64,000 bases of DNA. Origin: Nitrospirota bacterium. GTDB lineage: Bacteria > Nitrospirota > JACRHJ01. Below the pieces are notes generated by a model. The model was not told the DNA's origin and did no database searches. It saw only the letters and a list, made by a program, of their open reading frames with translations. Made by a program: the position numbers and the translations under genes. The first letter of the stretch is position 1; every line of letters starts with the position of its first letter. Where the stretch lies: the NCBI GenBank assembly GCA_016212105.1, contig JACRHJ010000061.1, positions 1,640-65,639 of the forward strand, in the 5' to 3' direction. Shown here one piece after another: positions 48,692-59,257 of the stretch.

Positions 48692-50335
48692 ATGAAGGCA
48701 TTCGGAAGGTTCCTGATGCTGGGCCTGGTGGTCGGCCTGGTAAGCTACGCGAGTTCGGCTTCGGCCGGCAAGTCTCTCACCATCTTCTCGGACGTGACGG
48801 AAAAGGCGGGGGTGGGTGACAAGGGGCACGGCAAGGGCATTATATTCAACGACTACGACAAGGACGGGTACGCCGACATCCTGGTCTCGAACAAGGGGGG
48901 CAGGAACGTCCTGTACCACAACGACAAGGACGGCACCTTCTCGGACGCGACCGAGGCCGCCGGCGTCTATGACACCGGCTTCGCCATGGGCTCCAGCATG
49001 GGCGACATGGACAACGACGGCATAGCCGACATCCACGTCGCAAAGGGCGGCAGGACCGAGATAGACTCCAACAAGATATACAGGGGCCTCGGCAATGGCA
49101 AGTTCGAGGACGTGACCGCGTCCTGCGGCGCCGGCGTCAAGGACTTCACCTACGGCTCGCTCCTGTGCGACTTCGACCACGACGGCAAGCTCGACCTCTT
49201 CCTTTCGAACTACGGCGTCAACTCCAAGAACCGCGTCTTCCGCAACGAGAGCACCCCGGGCAGCATCAAGTTCGTCGAGGTCACCGAGACCGCCGGCGTG
49301 ACCGAGCGCGGCTGGAGCTGGAGCTCGACCGCGGTGGACGTCAACAACGACGGCTGGGACGACGTGTACGTCTCCCGCGGCCGCTACCCGGCCGGCGAGC
49401 CCAACATCATGTACCTGAACGTCAGCACCCCGGGCAAGATACGCTTCGCCGACATCTCCAAGGAGTCCGGCCTCCAGGACAAGAACTGGGCGCTCGGCGC
49501 GGCCTTCGCCGACTATGACAACGACGGCAACATGGACTGCTACCTCTCCAACTACGTCGGCCCGAACAAGCTCTTCAAGGGCGACGGCACCGGCCACTTC
49601 GTCGAGACCACGCACAAGGCGGGCATGGACGACAAGCCCGACCACTGGGGCAAGGGCCCGGCCTGGGGCGACATAAACAACGACGGCTTCGTGGACCTCT
49701 ACGAGGGCGACTGCAAGTTCGCCAACCAGCTCTACCTGAACAACGGCGACGGCACCTTCACGAACATCACCGAGCAGAACCCTGACGTCAAGCTCGAGAC
49801 CGTCCGCACCAAGGGCGTCGCGTTCGCCGACTACGACAACGACGGCCACCTCGACCTCTACGCCATCAACTGGGCGGTCGCCAACTCGCTCTACAGGAAC
49901 GTCTCGACCGACAAGGACTGGCTCCAGGTCGACTGCGTAGGCACCGTCTCCAACAGGGACGCGGTCAGCACGAAGGTCGCCGTATACGACGCCGGCCACA
50001 TGGGAGACAGGAAATACTTCAGGGGCATGCGCGAGGTCCAGACCGCCTCGGGCTTCTGCTCCCAGAACATGTCCACCCAGCACTTCGGCGTTAACGGCGA
50101 CAAGACCTACGACGTCGTCGCCAAGTTCCCCAGCGGCCTCATGGCCTATGCGCTCGACGTCAAGGCCGCGCAGAGGATAAAGATCACCGAGCCGACCTCG
50201 GTCGCCCAGCAGGTGGAGATGTACCCGCTTGCCGTCGCCGACGCGGGACTCCGCTACCCGCTGTCCGTCGCAGTGATGGCGCCGTGGACCCCGGCCGCCT
50301 CCGACGTCCTGAACGCCAAGGCAGTGGTGAAGTAA
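48692..50335 (+). CDS. Secreted FG-GAP/VCBS repeat (CRTAC1-like) protein with ASPIC/UnbV-like C-terminus
   Basis: Signal peptide; seven DxDxDG..D loops (DYDKDGYAD, DMDNDGIAD, DFDHDGKLD, ...); F.DVT..AG; SNRDAV, SGFCSQN...HFG. Confidence 0.88.
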   Translation: MKAFGRFLMLGLVVGLVSYASSASAGKSLTIFSDVTEKAGVGDKGHGKGIIFNDYDKDGYADILVSNKGGRNVLYHNDKDGTFSDATEAAGVYDTGFAMGSSMGDMDNDGIADIHVAKGGRTEIDSNKIYRGLGNGKFEDVTASCGAGVKDFTYGSLLCDFDHDGKLDLFLSNYGVNSKNRVFRNESTPGSIKFVEVTETAGVTERGWSWSSTAVDVNNDGWDDVYVSRGRYPAGEPNIMYLNVSTPGKIRFADISKESGLQDKNWALGAAFADYDNDGNMDCYLSNYVGPNKLFKGDGTGHFVETTHKAGMDDKPDHWGKGPAWGDINNDGFVDLYEGDCKFANQLYLNNGDGTFTNITEQNPDVKLETVRTKGVAFADYDNDGHLDLYAINWAVANSLYRNVSTDKDWLQVDCVGTVSNRDAVSTKVAVYDAGHMGDRKYFRGMREVQTASGFCSQNMSTQHFGVNGDKTYDVVAKFPSGLMAYALDVKAAQRIKITEPTSVAQQVEMYPLAVADAGLRYPLSVAVMAPWTPAASDVLNAKAVVK

Positions 50336-50369
50336 TCCCGGTTGACGGGTGGTTTTGCTGATTACAACG

Positions 50370-50410
50370 GGCCGCCTGCGGGGAAGTATCTCGCAGGCGG
50401 CCTTATCTTT
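50370..50410 (+). terminator. Putative rho-independent terminator
   Basis: GGCCGCCTGCG...CGCAGGCGGCC hairpin then TTATCTTT. Confidence 0.55.
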
Positions 50411-50729
50411 GGTATGTGTGTGGATTGTCATTCTGAGGCGCAGCCGAAGAATCTGCCTGTATCTAATATTGTAGGGGCGGGTCCCCGTGCCCGCCCTGCC
50501 TTTGTAGGGCGCGACGCCCTGGGCGCGCCGGTATTGATAAACAAGGGCCGACACGCGGGTCGGCCCCTACATTAAAGTCTTTGGATTCCCGCTGGAGTTT
50601 ACCCCGGCATGCTTAAAGCCGGGGCGGGAACTACATCTGGTGGGCGTAGCCCACCCTACAAGTCCCCCTCTCCTCGCGGGAGAGGGGGTTGGGGGTGAGG
50701 GGGTTCCACTGCGTCGTTAAGGATATTTC

Positions 50730-51794
50730 ATGAAACAATACATTTGCTTTGCGCTTCTATTTCTGTTAATCACCTCTCCCATTTGCGCCCAAGCCGCTGC
50801 CGGCAAGGTGGGCGGCAAGGTCGTCCTCCAGACGAAGCCGGTCGAGGGTGCGTTCGTATACGCGTACAAGGACCCGGCCGGCCTGTTCGCGAAGCTGCCG
50901 GACGGAGGCCCAGTCGTGACCGGCCCGGACGGGACGTTCGCCATGGAACTCCCCAGGGGCAAGTACTACATAGCCGCGAAGAAGAAGGGGGCAGGCCTGC
51001 TCGAAATTCTGGAGCCGGGCGACTTCTATTCCTTCTACGGCGGGAACCCGGTGGAGGTCGAGCCCGGACGTCCGGCTGAGGTCGTCCTGAACCTGGCCGT
51101 GAAGCCCGCGTCGGCGCCGGACACGGACACCAACGGCGGGCGGGGCGGCGTCGAGGGCGTCGCAACGCTAGACGGAGAGCCGCTGGACGGCGTCGTGATA
51201 AACGTGTACCTCGACCCGAACGAGGGCTTCCGGGGCATGGGGTATTACATGTCGCCGCCTACCGGCGTGGACGGCAGGTTCCGCCTCAAGATGGAGGAGG
51301 GCACGTACTACATCGTCGCACGGAAGCGGTTGTCCGGGAACGTCGCCGGGCCTCTTCAGGAGGGCGACTACTTCGGCTACCTCGAAACGAACCCCGTGGT
51401 GATGAAGAAGGGCGCGCTCATGCACGTAACGCTGCCGCTGGTAAAGAAGACCTCCGACGTCTCGGCCGGCGGACACGGCAAGACGCTGGTCAAGGGCGTT
51501 ATACGCGACATAAACGGCGCACCTGTTTCGGGCGCGTACGCCTGTCTTTACAAGGAGCCGGAGATGCTCAACCGGCCCGCTTACGTCTCGAAGCCGACCG
51601 GCCCGGACGGCGCGTTCGCCGTCGAGGCCCCTGTCGGCGGAGTATACTACCTCGGCGCGCGCGACGCCATCGGCGGGCCGGTCGAGCCGGGCCAGCTCTG
51701 GGGCCGGTACAACGGCACGGAAGACCACGCAATAAAGGTGGAGACCGGCGGCACTGTCGAGGGGTTGACGGTTACGGTGGAGAAGGTGGAATAG
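50730..51794 (+). CDS. Secreted protein with three beta-sandwich (carboxypeptidase-regulatory-like) domains
   Basis: Signal peptide; three repeats with TG.DG.F...G.YY(I/L).A(K/R); paralog of 47845, 55658, 56999. Confidence 0.82.
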   Translation: MKQYICFALLFLLITSPICAQAAAGKVGGKVVLQTKPVEGAFVYAYKDPAGLFAKLPDGGPVVTGPDGTFAMELPRGKYYIAAKKKGAGLLEILEPGDFYSFYGGNPVEVEPGRPAEVVLNLAVKPASAPDTDTNGGRGGVEGVATLDGEPLDGVVINVYLDPNEGFRGMGYYMSPPTGVDGRFRLKMEEGTYYIVARKRLSGNVAGPLQEGDYFGYLETNPVVMKKGALMHVTLPLVKKTSDVSAGGHGKTLVKGVIRDINGAPVSGAYACLYKEPEMLNRPAYVSKPTGPDGAFAVEAPVGGVYYLGARDAIGGPVEPGQLWGRYNGTEDHAIKVETGGTVEGLTVTVEKVE

Positions 51795-52029
51795 GTTTTA
51801 TGCAGGGGGCGACCCGCGTGTCGGCCCTGCTTGTCTTTGCGAGGAGCACGTTCGGCTGCGCTCATTGCAGGCTCCGCGACGCGGCAATCTCCGCCTTTAA
51901 CTTCCTGGGCCCCGTGTCAAGCACGGGGAGACAATAGGGTGTCATTCTGAGCGAAGCGAAGAATCCGCCTGTATCCGGTGATTTCATGTAGGGGCGGGTC
52001 CCCGTGCCCGCCCTTCCCTTGAGCCTCAG

Positions 52030-52092
52030 GTTGTAGCTGCCCGATTCATCGGGCGATTTTAAAGAACGCCCCATAAATGGGGCAGCTACAAC
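52030..52092. repeat. Family G repeat GTAGCTGCCCGATTCATCGGGCG, here as an inverted doublet
   Basis: Other copies at about 31878(-), 56938, 59398(-). Confidence 0.82.
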
Positions 52093-52124
52093 TTAAAGCT
52101 CCTGACAGGTGAGGGGGTTCCACC

Positions 52125-53987
52125 TTGCGTCTGTATCTCTTGCTCTTGTTCCTGCTCGTATCCCTCTGCGCCCCCATGTCCTCCGCCGCATCTCTTCTAG
52201 AATACAAAGACGGCGATACCATCCACGAAGACACCACCTGGTCGCGCTCGGTAGTGATAGAAGGCGTCGTCTTCGTCCCGGAAGGCGTAACGCTTACGAT
52301 AGAGCCGGGCACGGAAGTCCGGTTCGGTAAGAGCGATGCGGCCTACTCCGAAGGCGACGAGGGCTCGACCGCCGAGGTACTGATACCCGGCAGCGGCATC
52401 CGGGTCGAGGGCAGGGTCATCGCCCGTGGCACCCGCGACAAACGTATAACTTTCACGTCCGCACAGCATAAGCCCGCCCCCGGCGACTGGGGCTGCATAT
52501 TCCTCGACCACTCCAAAGGCAGCATATTCAAGTACTGCAATTTCTCGTACTCCGCGTACACGATACACGCGCACTTCTCCCGGTTCGACGTATCACGCTG
52601 CGTCATAAAGCAAAACGAGGATGGCAGCCGTCTCGGCATGTGCCGCGCCACGTTCGACCACTGCGACATTACCGGGAACACAGGCAAGGGCCTCAACTTC
52701 CGCCAGTGCAGGAACACCGTAACCTTCTGCAACATCAGGGACAACCACGAGGGGATATTCCTGAACGAGAAGGACGAAGGCTGCGTCATCGAGAACAACA
52801 ACATAACCGGCAACGCCGGGATGGCGCTCAGGCTCGGCGAGTTCCACGCGACCGACGTTACACTTAACAACAACTACTGGGGTACCGCCGACCTCGCCGA
52901 GATAGACAGGCTCGTCTACGACCATGCCGACGACCCGGAGATAGGCACCGCTTTCATAGGCCCGATGGCCGTCGAGGTCGCTGAGGCAGGCGTGGACGGT
53001 TTCGCCGTGAGCGTCCTCTGGAAGTTCAAAACAGGCGGATTCGTGGACTCGTCCGCCTGCGAATCAGGCGGCGTGGTCTACTTCGGCTCGTGGGACAGGA
53101 AACTCTACGCCGTAAAGGCGGGCACAGGCGAGCTTCTCTGGAGCTACGAGACCGGTGACTGCGTGGACTCCTCGCCCGCCGTGGCGGACGGGCGGGTCTA
53201 TTTCGGGTCATGGGACAGGAACATCTACTGCCTGGACGCGGCTACCGGCTTGCTCGTCTGGAAGTTCACGATGGCAAAGTCGGAATTCGACGACCACAGG
53301 CAGGCCTCTCCGCTCGTCGAGGGGGGCGTGGTGTATATGGGCGGGTTCAACGGCTCTGTGTACGCGCTGAAGGCAGAGAGTGGAGAGCTAATCTGGGAAT
53401 ACAGGACAGGCGGGCCGGTTCGGTCAAGGCCCGCGCTTGCCGGTGGTTTGCTGTACGTCGGCTCCGGCGACGGCAAGCTCCACGCCATCGACGCCGTCAC
53501 GGGAAGCCTGCTCTGGACTTATGAGACCGGCGGGCCGGTTAACACGGAGCCGCTCGTCAGGGGCGGCAGCGTATTCTTCGGGTCGCGGGACGGGAATATC
53601 TACTTTGCGAACGCCTCCGGCGGCGGGCTAAACTGGGGCTTCGACGCGGCCGCAAGCATCGAATATTCCTCGCCTCTGTTGACCGGAAATGCTATAATAA
53701 CCGGGTCGTCCGACGGAAAGCTGTACGCGCTTGACAAGGACACCGGCAAGCCGGTATGGGTGTACGATGCGGGGGCTGTCATATATTCGTCACCCCGGTA
53801 CGTGAACGGGCTGGTGGTAGTGGGCGACAACTGCGGCGGCGTGCACTTCCTCGACGCGATTACAGGCGAGAAAATGGGCTATTTCAAGGCCGGGGAGGCC
53901 GTCCAGTCCCTTTCCACGGGGCCCGACGGGACAATCCACGCGGGTTCCAGGGACGGTTACATGTACGCGATAACAGGCGGCTATTAA
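52125..53987 (+). CDS. Secreted right-handed beta-helix protein fused to PQQ-type (BamB-like) beta-propeller
   Basis: DTTW...LTIEPGT.V.F...V.G...A.GT..I.FTS...GDW; NNYWG; about eight W.(F/Y).T...SSP....VYFGS.D..LYA repeats. Confidence 0.85.
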   Translation: MRLYLLLLFLLVSLCAPMSSAASLLEYKDGDTIHEDTTWSRSVVIEGVVFVPEGVTLTIEPGTEVRFGKSDAAYSEGDEGSTAEVLIPGSGIRVEGRVIARGTRDKRITFTSAQHKPAPGDWGCIFLDHSKGSIFKYCNFSYSAYTIHAHFSRFDVSRCVIKQNEDGSRLGMCRATFDHCDITGNTGKGLNFRQCRNTVTFCNIRDNHEGIFLNEKDEGCVIENNNITGNAGMALRLGEFHATDVTLNNNYWGTADLAEIDRLVYDHADDPEIGTAFIGPMAVEVAEAGVDGFAVSVLWKFKTGGFVDSSACESGGVVYFGSWDRKLYAVKAGTGELLWSYETGDCVDSSPAVADGRVYFGSWDRNIYCLDAATGLLVWKFTMAKSEFDDHRQASPLVEGGVVYMGGFNGSVYALKAESGELIWEYRTGGPVRSRPALAGGLLYVGSGDGKLHAIDAVTGSLLWTYETGGPVNTEPLVRGGSVFFGSRDGNIYFANASGGGLNWGFDAAASIEYSSPLLTGNAIITGSSDGKLYALDKDTGKPVWVYDAGAVIYSSPRYVNGLVVVGDNCGGVHFLDAITGEKMGYFKAGEAVQSLSTGPDGTIHAGSRDGYMYAITGGY

Positions 53988-54057
53988 GGTACGGTTCTTG
54001 CATATGCAGTATAGAGGGGCGGCAGACCTTTATCAACCGTATCGCGGGTGTTGCAGG

Positions 54058-55470
54058 ATGTTCAGGAAAATAAATCCATCGTTGTTTTTGTCCGGCCTTG
54101 TCCTGGCCGTAATTCTGGCCATACCCTCCGGTTCGTATGCAGGCGGCCCGGCAACCCGCGTCACGGCGGAAAAGATAACCGCCGACACGACCTGGAAGGG
54201 GAGCGTGGTCGTCGAGAATACAGTCTCGGTAATCAAGGGCGCGACTCTCGTAATCAAGCCGGGCACGGTGGTCAGGTTCCGGAAGAACACCGGCCTCGAG
54301 GTACAGGGCGTCCTGAAGGCCGAAGGCGTCAAGGGGTCGCAGGTGACGCTTACGTCGGACGAGAAGAAGCCCGGGCGCGCGGACTGGTACGGCGTAAACC
54401 TGGGCGAGGCGGGCGAGGGCACGGTCCTGAAGCACTGCGTGATGGAGTACGCCGGTGTGCTCTCCATCGCCGCTTGCTCGCCGCTCATCCAGGACTGCGA
54501 TTTCAGGCACTGCAACCAGGGAATCGTCATGGCGAGAAAGTCGTCTCCCGATGTAAGGGGTAACCGCATCAATGACATGAAGGACGGCGGGATTAGCTGC
54601 GAGATGGGCTCGGCACCGGCGATTACCGGGAACACGATAGACGGCTGCGGCCCGGCCGGGATCAACGTCGGCAAGGATTCCCAGCCGGTCATCAAGGGCA
54701 ACACCATTACCATCTGCGGCGTCGGCATCGGCCTTATGCAGCCGATACCGCCTGTCGAGGACAACGTCCTGAAGAAGAACAATATCGGCATTTCGCTCAG
54801 CTCGGTCGGCGGCGGGCTCGTTATCAGAGGGAACAGGTTCCAGGACAACGAGACGGGCATTGCATGCCAGCAGTTCTCGTCACCCCTTATAGAGGGAAAC
54901 ACGATAAGCGGCAACAAGGAGGGCATCGTATGCTTCCGTGCGTCGAGCCCGATAATCAGAAAGAACGAGATAGCCGGCAACACAAAGGGCATAATCTGCA
55001 TCCAGCTCTGCAACCCGCGCATCATCCAGAACGACATTCGTGGCAACAAAGAGGGCATCTACCTGGACCTCTCGTCCTATGCGACGATAAACGGCAACAA
55101 CATACACGAAAACGAGATGCACGTGGACCTCGGCAACATGTCCGCCGACTGGGAGCACCGCGTCAACAAGAAGCCGGTGCGCGGCAGCCAGGCCCAGACC
55201 GTCGGGATGTCGAACGCGGGCAGGGAGGCCCAGGTCCAGCCGGGAGACGGCTCGGAAGTGATGGACTCCGTGGACGCGACCGGCAACTGGTGGGGCGCCA
55301 AGACCACCGAGGAGATGGAGAAGAAGGGCCCGGACGCGGACATCGCCGGGCTCAGGGACTACCACGACCAGCCGACCCGCACCTACGAGGGCTACGAAGG
55401 TGTGTACGTCCAGGACAAGGTCAGGTACGAGGGCTGGAAGAAGACGAGGATTAAGGACGCGGGGCTGTAA
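54058..55470 (+). CDS. Secreted right-handed parallel beta-helix (NosD-like) protein
   Basis: ITADTTWKG, LVIKPGT, DWYG; about ten GI.C...SP.I..N.I..N coils; VDATGNWWG. Confidence 0.85.
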   Translation: MFRKINPSLFLSGLVLAVILAIPSGSYAGGPATRVTAEKITADTTWKGSVVVENTVSVIKGATLVIKPGTVVRFRKNTGLEVQGVLKAEGVKGSQVTLTSDEKKPGRADWYGVNLGEAGEGTVLKHCVMEYAGVLSIAACSPLIQDCDFRHCNQGIVMARKSSPDVRGNRINDMKDGGISCEMGSAPAITGNTIDGCGPAGINVGKDSQPVIKGNTITICGVGIGLMQPIPPVEDNVLKKNNIGISLSSVGGGLVIRGNRFQDNETGIACQQFSSPLIEGNTISGNKEGIVCFRASSPIIRKNEIAGNTKGIICIQLCNPRIIQNDIRGNKEGIYLDLSSYATINGNNIHENEMHVDLGNMSADWEHRVNKKPVRGSQAQTVGMSNAGREAQVQPGDGSEVMDSVDATGNWWGAKTTEEMEKKGPDADIAGLRDYHDQPTRTYEGYEGVYVQDKVRYEGWKKTRIKDAGL

Positions 55471-55657
55471 CCCGCACCTTGTACAACATTTCGTCATTCC
55501 CGCCCCGGCTTTAGACATACCGGGGTAAACTCCGGCGGGAATCCAGGAAGTTCATAATTCCTGGACCCCCCTTCGGCTTCGCTCAGGGCAGGCTCCGTCA
55601 AGCACGGGGCGACACAAAAGGCGTTTGTTCAACCTGCTATCGGGGGTATCTTACCGG

Positions 55658-56746
55658 ATGAAGAAATTTATCGGGCTAACCTTGTTAATATTATTGGCGG
55701 TCCTGCCCGCCCTCACCCACGCGGACGGCACGGGCACCATCAAGGGCAAGGTCAACTGCGAGGGCAAGCCGCTCGAAGGCGCGTATGTACTGCTCTATTC
55801 CGGAAGCGAGGGCGGGTTCAGGGGAGAACCGGCAGTGACGGCCGGGCCGACAAAGGCCGACGGCCTGTTCGAGGCGCAGGCCGCCCCGGGCAGCTATTAC
55901 CTCATAGCCCAAAAGCGCACAGGCGGCAGGGACGGGGGCCTCGCGGCCGGCGACTACTACTCGTACTACGGCGGGAACCCGGTGGACGTCGGCGCCGGCG
56001 ACACCATAAACGTCGGGATAAACTGCACGGCGATAATCGACGTGGGCAAGCCCCGCGTGACGGGCGGCACGGGCATACGCGGCAAGGTGTACGCGGACGG
56101 GGCCCCGCTCGACCGCGCGCGCGTCACGCTGTACCAGGACGGCGACACCATATTCCGGGGCATCGGGTACGCCTCGACGCTTACGAACAAGAACGGCGAC
56201 TTCTCGTTCAGCCTCGAGCCAGGCACGTACTACGCGGTGGCGAGGAAGCGCGCGGGCGACGACCGCATGGGCCCGCTGACCGCGGGCGACATGTTCGCCT
56301 ACGCCCACGAGAACCCGGTCGAGGTGGTAGAGGACGGCTACTCGGTCATCTCGATGAACGCCGCGACCAAGCTCCTGAAGGTAAAGGAGTCCGGGCAGGA
56401 GGTCACGCTCGGCGGCACGGTAAAGGCGGGCGGGACGGTAATCAGCGGGACGGTTGTGGACAAGGACGGCAGGCCGGTCGCGGGCGTGTTCGCGAGCGCG
56501 TATAGGGATTCGATGATGACCCAGAAGCCGGACTTCATGTCGCAGGCGACCGGGCCGGACGGCAGGTATGTCATAAACATCTCCGAGGGCGGTGAGTACT
56601 TCGTCGGCGCGCGCAACACCATAGGCGGACCCGCCGAGAAGGGCGAACTCCTCGGCCGGTACGCGGGCAACGAGGACCATTCCGTGAACATCGCCACCGG
56701 CCAGAAGGTTGACGGTATAGACATCACGGTCGAGCCGGTGGAATAG
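55658..56746 (+). CDS. Secreted protein with three beta-sandwich domains
   Basis: Signal peptide (THA-D); GDYYSYYGGNPV, FRGIGY, GPL..GD, GAR..IGGP...GRY.G..DH. Confidence 0.82.
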   Translation: MKKFIGLTLLILLAVLPALTHADGTGTIKGKVNCEGKPLEGAYVLLYSGSEGGFRGEPAVTAGPTKADGLFEAQAAPGSYYLIAQKRTGGRDGGLAAGDYYSYYGGNPVDVGAGDTINVGINCTAIIDVGKPRVTGGTGIRGKVYADGAPLDRARVTLYQDGDTIFRGIGYASTLTNKNGDFSFSLEPGTYYAVARKRAGDDRMGPLTAGDMFAYAHENPVEVVEDGYSVISMNAATKLLKVKESGQEVTLGGTVKAGGTVISGTVVDKDGRPVAGVFASAYRDSMMTQKPDFMSQATGPDGRYVINISEGGEYFVGARNTIGGPAEKGELLGRYAGNEDHSVNIATGQKVDGIDITVEPVE

Positions 56747-56998
56747 AGTGGCGTCCTCGCCTGTCATTGCGAGGAGTCCCGCGTTTTGCGGGACGACGCG
56801 GCAATCTCCGCCTTTGTCCGTCATGACGACTAACTTCCTGGACCCCGTGTCAGGCACGGGGCGACATAATTGAATCCGTCATTCCCGCCCCGGCTTTAAG
56901 CATACCGGGGCAGGCTACAGCGGGAATCCAGGAAGTTGTAGCTGCCCGATTCATCGGGCGCTTTGCCTCTTTACTTGGAATCAGGACTGGAGCATGAC

Positions 56999-58126
56999 AT
57001 GACACTCAGAACAATAGCGGCATTCTTCGCCTTTGCCTTTATATTATCGGCCTCGCCCGCGTCCGCGGACGACACAGCCACGCTCGTCACGGCGAAGCAT
57101 GCCGGCACCGGGTTCGAGGGCAGGGTCGTCTGGGAGGGCCAGGTCGTGGCAGGGGCGATGGTCTTCGCATACGCCAGCTTCGACGACATGCTCGCATACA
57201 AGGCGGCAGCCGTGTCCGAGCCTTCCGCCGACGACGGGACGTACAGGATGGAGCTGCCGGCCGGGAAGTATTACATGGTGGCGAAGAAGCGCGCGGACAC
57301 GGCAGCCGACGGCCCGCTCGCCGTCGGCGACTATTTTTCTTTTCACGGCTCGAACCCGGTAACGGTCGCCCCTGATGTATACACGCACGTCGGCTTCTCG
57401 CTCCTCAAGGAGACCGAGCAGGTCGCCTACGAGGACGGAGAGGACCCGGGCTCGGGCAGCCTCGCGGGCGAGGTGACGTACATGGGCGAGCCCCTGCCCG
57501 GCACGCTGGTACTGCTGTACCTGGACGCCAAGACCGACTTCAAGGGACTCGGTTACTCGTCCTCGCCTCCCACAGGTAAAGCAGGAAAATTCCGCGTGGA
57601 CTTCCTCCCGGAGAGCGACTACTACGTCATCGCCCGGAAGCGCGCGAGCGGCGCGGGCGCGGGCCCGCTCACGGACGGCGACTACTTCGGGTACTACGTC
57701 GGGAACCCGGTCTCGGTCAAGGCAGGCAAGGTTGCGAAGATAAAGTTCGAAGTGCTGAACAAGGCGGGCGAGATAGGCAAGGAGGACAGCCTGTTCCGTA
57801 ATACCGGCACGCAGATACGCGGCAGGATAACCGGCAAGGACGGCAAGGTGGTCAAGGGCGTGTACGCCTTCGCTTACCTCGACAAGGTCATGGCACACAA
57901 GAGGCCGGAGTTCATATCGCGCGAGGTGGACGACAAGGGGAACTACACAATCAACTTCTCCCAGGGCGGTACTTACTACATAGGCGCTCGCTCGGCATAC
58001 GGCGACTCGCCCGGCATGGGCGAGTGGTACGGCAGGTACGACGTGACAGCGGACCACTCGGTCGTCGTGGAGACCGGCAGGCAGGTGGACGGCATAGACA
58101 TGGTCGTGGAGCAGATACTGCCGTAG
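56999..58126 (+). CDS. Secreted protein with three beta-sandwich domains
   Basis: Signal peptide (ASA-D); GPL..GDYFSFHGSNPV, FKGLGY, GDYFGYYVGNPV, YYIGAR...GRYD...DH. Confidence 0.82.
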   Translation: MTLRTIAAFFAFAFILSASPASADDTATLVTAKHAGTGFEGRVVWEGQVVAGAMVFAYASFDDMLAYKAAAVSEPSADDGTYRMELPAGKYYMVAKKRADTAADGPLAVGDYFSFHGSNPVTVAPDVYTHVGFSLLKETEQVAYEDGEDPGSGSLAGEVTYMGEPLPGTLVLLYLDAKTDFKGLGYSSSPPTGKAGKFRVDFLPESDYYVIARKRASGAGAGPLTDGDYFGYYVGNPVSVKAGKVAKIKFEVLNKAGEIGKEDSLFRNTGTQIRGRITGKDGKVVKGVYAFAYLDKVMAHKRPEFISREVDDKGNYTINFSQGGTYYIGARSAYGDSPGMGEWYGRYDVTADHSVVVETGRQVDGIDMVVEQILP

Positions 58127-58394
58127 GGTTTTTGTCTGTCATTCTGAACGAAGTGAAGAATCTGCCTGTATCAGATAGAATTGTAGGGGCGCAATTAATT
58201 TGCGCCCGCACCGCTGAGTGTCATATCGCGGGACGACGCGGCAATCTCGGCCCTAAAAAACTGAGATTGCCACGCTTCGCTCGCAATGACAAACAAGGCA
58301 ACTTCCTGGACCCCGTGTCAAAGCCTGCCCTGAGCGCAGTCGAATGGGCACGGGGCGACAAATAGAAGGAACGCGGCTTATTATGAGGTTATCA

Positions 58395-59246
58395 ATGAAA
58401 AACGCGTTAACCTGTTTGGTGCTTCTGACGCTCCTCTGCGCCCCGTCCGCGCACGCCGCCGGGCCGCTTTACTACGACAAGGCCGCGATAGACAGTGACA
58501 CGACCTGGAGCGGGACAGTGGTGCTTCGCGGCCAGAACACGGTCAAGAAGGGCGCGACGCTGACTATAGAACCGGGCACGGTGGTCAAGTTCGTCTGGAT
58601 AGACGACGACGGCGACAACATCGGCGACGGCGAGCTGAACGTCGAGGGCAGGATAATAGCGAGGGGGACGAAGGACAACAACATCCTGTTCACGTCCGGT
58701 CAGGAAAACCCCAAGGTCAAGGACTGGACCTTCCTGATGATTTCGGTTAACAAGGACAGCCTGGTCGAGTACTGCACGTTCGAGTACGCATTCACAGGCG
58801 TCCAGGTGCACTACTCCACCGCGACGATAAGGAACAACATATTCAGGAACAACTTCGAGGGCGTGCGTTTCTCGACGACGGACGTGATGATAGCGAACAA
58901 CTACTTCACCGGCAACACCTACGGGATACGCTACGAGTCGAGGGGCTCCAAGACCACGGTCACGAAGAACCTGTTCAAGGGCAACGAGTACGCCTTCTTC
59001 CCGGTCCAGAAATGCTCGTCGACGGTCAGGATATTCGGCAACGACATACTCGACTGCGAGCGCTACTACGTGAACATGGGCTACAACCAGCGCGAGGAGC
59101 TTGACTACACGAACAACTGGTGGGGCACGACGGACCCGGGCGAGATAGCCTCCGGCATGTTCGACGCGGGCAAGGACGAGACGCTGGGCCGGGTCGTGTT
59201 CGAGCCGTTCCTGGCCGGGCCTGTGCCGGGCTGTGGAGTGGAGTGA
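58395..59246 (+). CDS. Secreted right-handed beta-helix protein
   Basis: Signal peptide (AHA-A); IDSDTTWSG, LTIEPGT, LNVEGRIIARGT, FTS...DW, N.F.NN..G coils, NNWWGT; alternative start 58383. Confidence 0.85.
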   Translation: MKNALTCLVLLTLLCAPSAHAAGPLYYDKAAIDSDTTWSGTVVLRGQNTVKKGATLTIEPGTVVKFVWIDDDGDNIGDGELNVEGRIIARGTKDNNILFTSGQENPKVKDWTFLMISVNKDSLVEYCTFEYAFTGVQVHYSTATIRNNIFRNNFEGVRFSTTDVMIANNYFTGNTYGIRYESRGSKTTVTKNLFKGNEYAFFPVQKCSSTVRIFGNDILDCERYYVNMGYNQREELDYTNNWWGTTDPGEIASGMFDAGKDETLGRVVFEPFLAGPVPGCGVE

Positions 59247-59257
59247 TTGGATTATTC

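Noticed and set aside
52990-53987. BamB or PQQ dehydrogenase call
   Set aside because: It has no lipobox or bam context and no evident dehydrogenase catalytic features; only generic propeller repeats fused to a beta-helix.
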